Source: an uncultured Adlercreutzia sp.
GTDB taxonomy: Bacteria > Actinomycetota > Coriobacteriia > Coriobacteriales > Eggerthellaceae
Assembly (NCBI RefSeq): GCF_910589165.1
Contig: NZ_CAJUSP010000007.1
DNA length: 64,000 bases
Direction: 5' to 3' (one strand)
Below the pieces are notes generated by a model, which made no database searches, was not told where the DNA came from, and worked only from the letters and a program-made list of their open reading frames with translations. Of this stretch, positions 62,639-64,000 are shown one piece after another (position 1 is the stretch's first letter; each line of letters opens with the position of its first letter). Made by a program: the position numbers and the translations under genes.

Positions 62639-64000
62639 TTACAGGGTCTGGCTCCCGGACAGGGGCACGTAGGCCGGCTCGGCCTCGTCCTCGATGCCCA
62701 GAACCTTCTTCTCGTAGTCGTCTACGTCGTCGGCCATGTGCAGGCGGCGGCGGACAACGACCAGCCCGTAGGCGGAGGTCAGCAGGATGCCAATCAGCAT
62801 CACCCAGTGCACCCAGCAGTGCGGCTCGTCGAAGGCGCCCATCGGGGTGCCGTCGTCCTCGATCTGCTGAGCAGCCGGGGCCTCGTCCTGAGCCGTCGGG
62901 GCGGCAGCCTGAGGCGTGGCATCGTCGTCGATGGTCTCACCAGCCGGAGCCGGGGCCGCAGCCGCAGGAGCCGCGGGAGCAGCAGGCGCAGCCGGAGCCG
63001 GAACCGCAGGCGTCACCGCAGCCGGGGTAGCCGGCGTAGGCGTCGGGGTCGGCGTAGGTGCAGGCGCAGGCGTCGGAGTCGGCGTCGGGGTCGGCACAGG
63101 TAGCGGCGCGGGCGCAGTGATCGAGAAGCTTCCCGGAACCACCGTCACAACATAGTTGGGGTTCGAAGTGTACTCTGCGCGAAGAACATCACGGTAATCG
63201 CCAATAGCTTGGTTGGATCCAATGCGAACATAGCGGACAATCCCCAGATCATTCTCATCCACAAGAGAACCATCAGTGATACGGCCCGTGAACGCCGGAT
63301 CGGCCGTACCGAACACCTTAGTCGCATCATCAACCGTAATAGTCACCGGACGCTGGGTAATCAGAACAGTAGCGGTTTGGATTCCAGTGTCGGTGTAGTT
63401 GTCGAGCGACGCATAGGCCTGGACGGTATGGCGACCAACCGTCGTGAAAGAGGGCACTTCGGTCGTCCACTCTCCGCCGTCAACGGAATAGTAAATCGTA
63501 GAGCCTTCCATGGCAGCGGCCTCAGCAGTCACCGGGCGGCCGTCATAAACCTTGGTAAGTCCGGCGATGTCTACAAACTGAACAAGATTGCCAGAAGCTG
63601 CCACAATTTCGAAGTTGCCTTTCTTGATCTCGGCAACCTCGTAGTTTTTGTTTACGCTTTCACTGTCGTAAACCGCATCCAGAACGCCGTAGTAAACACC
63701 TTCATCTTCGTCAGTGTTCTCGCGAACAACATCAACCTTGCCAAATTCGTCAGAGAGAAGCAAACCATCGATCTCAACACCGTTGTATCCCTCGGGGTCG
63801 AGAGTGTTGAAGTATTTGCTTGCATCATGAACAGTAATGGTCAGCGGTGCAGGATGGATAGTAACAGTGCCTTCCCCAGACCAAATAACCTGGTTAACCT
63901 CGTTAGCAATGCCAATCTTTATAGTAGGCACATCGTCACCCTCAACGGCGTTCTTGTAGAGAGCTTCGCTAGGAACACCGTTCGAAGCATCAATCCATTT
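62639..64000 (-). CDS. Large surface protein with MBG-type repeats, PT/PA-rich stalk and PMGAFD-TM-RRRL C-terminal module (N-terminus outside the window)
   Basis: The frame stays open to position 64000; the track start 63931 is only an internal GTG. KVYDGRPVT and KVFGTADPAFTG...GDYRDVL...NPNYVVTVVPGSFSIT are MBG-domain-like. Confidence 0.8.
   Translation of the reverse strand, partial: KWIDASNGVPSEALYKNAVEGDDVPTIKIGIANEVNQVIWSGEGTVTIHPAPLTITVHDASKYFNTLDPEGYNGVEIDGLLLSDEFGKVDVVRENTDEDEGVYYGVLDAVYDSESVNKNYEVAEIKKGNFEIVAASGNLVQFVDIAGLTKVYDGRPVTAEAAAMEGSTIYYSVDGGEWTTEVPSFTTVGRHTVQAYASLDNYTDTGIQTATVLITQRPVTITVDDATKVFGTADPAFTGRITDGSLVDENDLGIVRYVRIGSNQAIGDYRDVLRAEYTSNPNYVVTVVPGSFSITAPAPLPVPTPTPTPTPAPAPTPTPTPTPATPAAVTPAVPAPAAPAAPAAPAAAAPAPAGETIDDDATPQAAAPTAQDEAPAAQQIEDDGTPMGAFDEPHCWVHWVMLIGILLTSAYGLVVVRRRLHMADDVDDYEKKVLGIEDEAEPAYVPLSGSQTL

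Overview
High-GC (>60% by eye) actinobacterial chromosome segment. The gene content and a membrane-anchored LuxR regulator suggest Coriobacteriia/Eggerthellaceae, but that is inference only. I can support about 60 protein genes, 4 tRNAs (Gly-CCC, Met-CAT, Ser-GGA, Ser-CGA) and several repeat families. Many long ORFs in the six-frame track are antisense shadow ORFs typical of GC-rich DNA and were ignored. Core blocks: (i) a menaquinone block with menB and a fused menE-menC; (ii) typA, a PrsA-like PPIase, and PspA/Usp/ABC1-kinase envelope-stress genes; (iii) the conserved actinobacterial fhaA-fhaB-pstP-rodA/pbpA-pknB division cluster, here with rodA and pbpA fused into one ORF and no pknA; (iv) a FIST-ALDH-GGDEF-formamidase-permease-proC block. 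Accessory patch 1 (about 6.1-12.5 kb, starting at tRNA-Gly) holds an orphan HipA-like kinase, two PIN toxin-antitoxin pairs, a PIN pseudogene, an AlbA_2/Schlafen-like ATPase preceded by a tandem-repeat array, and an inverted deletion remnant of a second AlbA_2 gene. Accessory patch 2 (about 55.3-62.6 kb) is the most unusual region. It is a mostly same-strand array of small cassettes: an uncharacterised toxin/RHH pair, an Rpn-like fragment, BrnT/BrnA, a second AlbA_2 ATPase (opposite strand), and two AT-rich membrane proteins of unknown family. The cassettes are separated by reiterated non-coding elements, GC-rich hairpins, and three nearly identical direct copies (360-552 bp) of the 3' part of a small 2-TM protein gene. 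I interpret this as a recombination-built cassette array or candidate defence island. That reading is inference and needs comparative and experimental testing.
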